DNA of 64,000 nt from Amphiscolops sp. MND2022 (taxonomy: Eukaryota). The position numbers were made by a program, and so were the translations under genes. Below the pieces are notes generated by a model. The model saw nothing but the letters and a program-made list of their open reading frames with translations. It searched no databases and was not told the DNA's origin. The DNA lies in assembly GCA_964187785.1 (NCBI GenBank), contig OZ076419.1, forward strand, positions 34,410,001 through 34,474,000, written 5' to 3'. Positions 62,125-64,000 of this stretch are shown piece by piece. The first letter of the stretch is position 1; each line of letters starts with the position of its first letter.

Positions 62125-63034
62125 TTTGAGAGTGTTGGAACAATTTTATACTAAAGGCAGTGCTGCATATGGAAGAATCGACAACCTACAAAACGCAACA
62201 AACGTATCAAGAAAAAAAGTAGAGACGTTTTCGCAGGCAAAAAATGCCCACACGAAATATAGACAAAATCGGAGAAACTTTCCTCGTCTCAAAGTATCTG
62301 CTTACGACATTAACGAAATTTGGTCAACCGATGTTGCTTATGTCGACAAGCTGGCAAAATACAACAATGGTGTGAAATATTTGCTTGTAGCAGTGGATGT
62401 TTTGTCACGATATCTCCGAGTTTCACCAATGAGGTCAAAGAGTGCCGAGGAAACGGCTCGAACCTTTGGAAAAATGATTCAAAAACAAAAACCGCAAAAA
62501 GTTTGGACGGATAAAGGCACAGAATTCAAAGGAGCCTTCAAGAACCTTTGCGATAAAGAAGGAATAGAGACGTACACAACTCAAAGTGAAACAAAGTCAG
62601 CTTACGCTGAAAGGAACATTAGGTCACTCAAAAACATTATTTATAAACATTTGGAACACAAATGGACTTATCATTACATAAACAAGTTGAGCCAATTTGT
62701 TGACACCATCAACTCGCGGGTTAATCGTGTGAAAAAGTTGCCACCAAACAAAGTTAGCAAAAAACACGTACCTCAGTTACGATCTCTTGCGGCAGAAAAA
62801 TCAGCTAAATTGGTCAAAAAACCTCAATTTCAAGTTGGAGACACGGTTCGGATAGCTAAGCAAGATTTACCATTCAAAAAAGGGTACAAACAAAACTTTA
62901 CTGACGAGATATTCACCATCAGAAGAATTGCAACATTCAATCCACCCACATACAACCTGACGGACGCTGACGGTGAAACTATCCAAGGCAAATTTTACGA
63001 GCCAGAATTGACCAAGACAAATGGACGAGTTTGA
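62051..63034 (+). CDS. Retroviral-type (rve) DDE integrase of Maverick
   Basis: WSTD, AVDVLSRY, WTDKGTEF, AERNIRSLK, INSRVNR, FQVGDTVRI, KGYKQNFTDEIF, GKFYEPEL; true start uncertain. Confidence 0.93.
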   Translation: MSSNLAKILKQKKKLRKAGKVSQNDLRVLEQFYTKGSAAYGRIDNLQNATNVSRKKVETFSQAKNAHTKYRQNRRNFPRLKVSAYDINEIWSTDVAYVDKLAKYNNGVKYLLVAVDVLSRYLRVSPMRSKSAEETARTFGKMIQKQKPQKVWTDKGTEFKGAFKNLCDKEGIETYTTQSETKSAYAERNIRSLKNIIYKHLEHKWTYHYINKLSQFVDTINSRVNRVKKLPPNKVSKKHVPQLRSLAAEKSAKLVKKPQFQVGDTVRIAKQDLPFKKGYKQNFTDEIFTIRRIATFNPPTYNLTDADGETIQGKFYEPELTKTNGRV

Positions 63035-63322
63035 CATTTATCTCGAGTCGACAGGCTCCATGAACATATACAAAGATAACACAATGTCCGTTTTTAGAAA
63101 CTTGCTGGCTCATCCAATAAACTTGGAAGGGGATTGGAGAGTAGCATTGGCCGAAATTATTCACCCAACCAATGTAAAAAACATCACGACAACTGCTTAC
63201 ATGATTTACACTCCTAAAACTCCATATGACAGCACCCCTGTGACAATGAGGGGGGATGGAGCAGGTGTTGTGGTGAGACAAGAGGATTGGTCTGACAATG
63301 CCGAATTTGAAGCAGGGGATAC
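63021..63322 (+). pseudogene. Minor capsid (penton-like) gene, 3'-truncated
   Basis: MDEFDIYLESTGSMNIYKDNTMSVFRNLL...LEGDWRVALAEI matches the Maverick mCP N-terminus; interrupted by the LINE copy. Confidence 0.75.
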
Positions 63323-64000
63323 CGAACTACTGGTGAAATGCCTTAGACGGTTAATAATGGATACATGTTTAGCTAATTTATTCAGTACTCGTTTGACGTG
63401 GAAACCATAAGTTAAATTTTTATCAAGTAAGATACCCAGATATTTAACGTATTCAGTACATGTTATTTCAGTATTTTTCAATACTTTGTTTTCATCTTTG
63501 CAGTTTAAAAAATGGACCAATTCAGTTTTAGGAATATTTTGACTGAGTTTATTCAGAGCCATCCATCCAGGAATGTGTTCAACTTCATCCTGTAATGTAG
63601 ATGTTTCATTTTTGGGTCTCGCGTAAACGCAATTAGCATCATCCGCAAAGAGAAACGGAATAATGTTTTTACACGAGTTCGGGAAATCATTTACATAAAT
63701 TATAAAGAGCAGTGGGCCAAGCTTCGCTCAGGCTGCATAGAACACAGGCTGCATTGCCGATCTGAAGAGCCATTGAAATCCGTTGCTTCAAAAGCTGCCG
63801 TTGATCGTCGTGCAAACGACAGAGCTTTTAAGAGAAGCGTGATGAAAATCTCACTGCTCTCGCCTAAAGTTCAGGAAAATAAAAACAAGTGTTTAATTGA
63901 GAAGCTTTTCGAATGTCATCATTCATTTTCAATCATTCAATGTATCCTAAAAAAATATAAATACAACTTACAGTTAAAGAAACAGAAACATAGATCACTG
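63323..64000 (-). mobile_element. Second copy of the LINE-RT plus Penelope composite (runs off the window)
   Basis: Collinear with ~56630-57295, including the same RT/Penelope junction gggccaag|cttcgctcagg. Confidence 0.92.

Larger units (their letters stand above)
58030..63322 (+). mobile_element. Endogenous Maverick/Polinton (adintovirus-like) fragment, decayed
   Basis: Intronless, tightly packed, overlapping ORFs including A32/FtsK-like ATPase, DDE integrase and minor-capsid-like gene; no TIR, polB, major capsid or protease within the window. Confidence 0.9.

Overview
AT-rich, repeat-dense animal genomic DNA with spliceosomal introns. It is possibly an acoel or other marine invertebrate, but that is only an impression. 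Host genes assembled by hand: (1) a trypsin-fold serine-protease homolog lacking both catalytic His and Ser (minus, ~3.3-5.6 kb); (2) two tandem divergent tetraspanin-like paralogs (plus, 17480-28703 and 33751-38287), the first with a TE-like insertion in a coding exon and non-canonical donors; (3) a compact UBF/UBTF-like HMG-box gene (minus, 39732-50275) whose 7.4-kb first intron holds a mosaic ~1.06-kb tandem array; (4) an intact GPAT3/4 gene (minus, 52931-55740). From ~58.0 to 63.3 kb there is a decayed endogenous Maverick/Polinton (adintovirus-like) segment. It carries an ErbB-ligand-type EGF gene, DEDD-like exonuclease, packaging ATPase, integrase and truncated minor capsid gene, and lies between two copies of a LINE-RT/Penelope composite. 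The remainder is mostly hAT, Tc1, MITE, Helentron-like (HINE) elements with tRNA-like modules, decayed LINE and LTR remnants. There is no rRNA, bona fide tRNA or CRISPR array. All assignments come from manual translation and motif recall, with no database searches.
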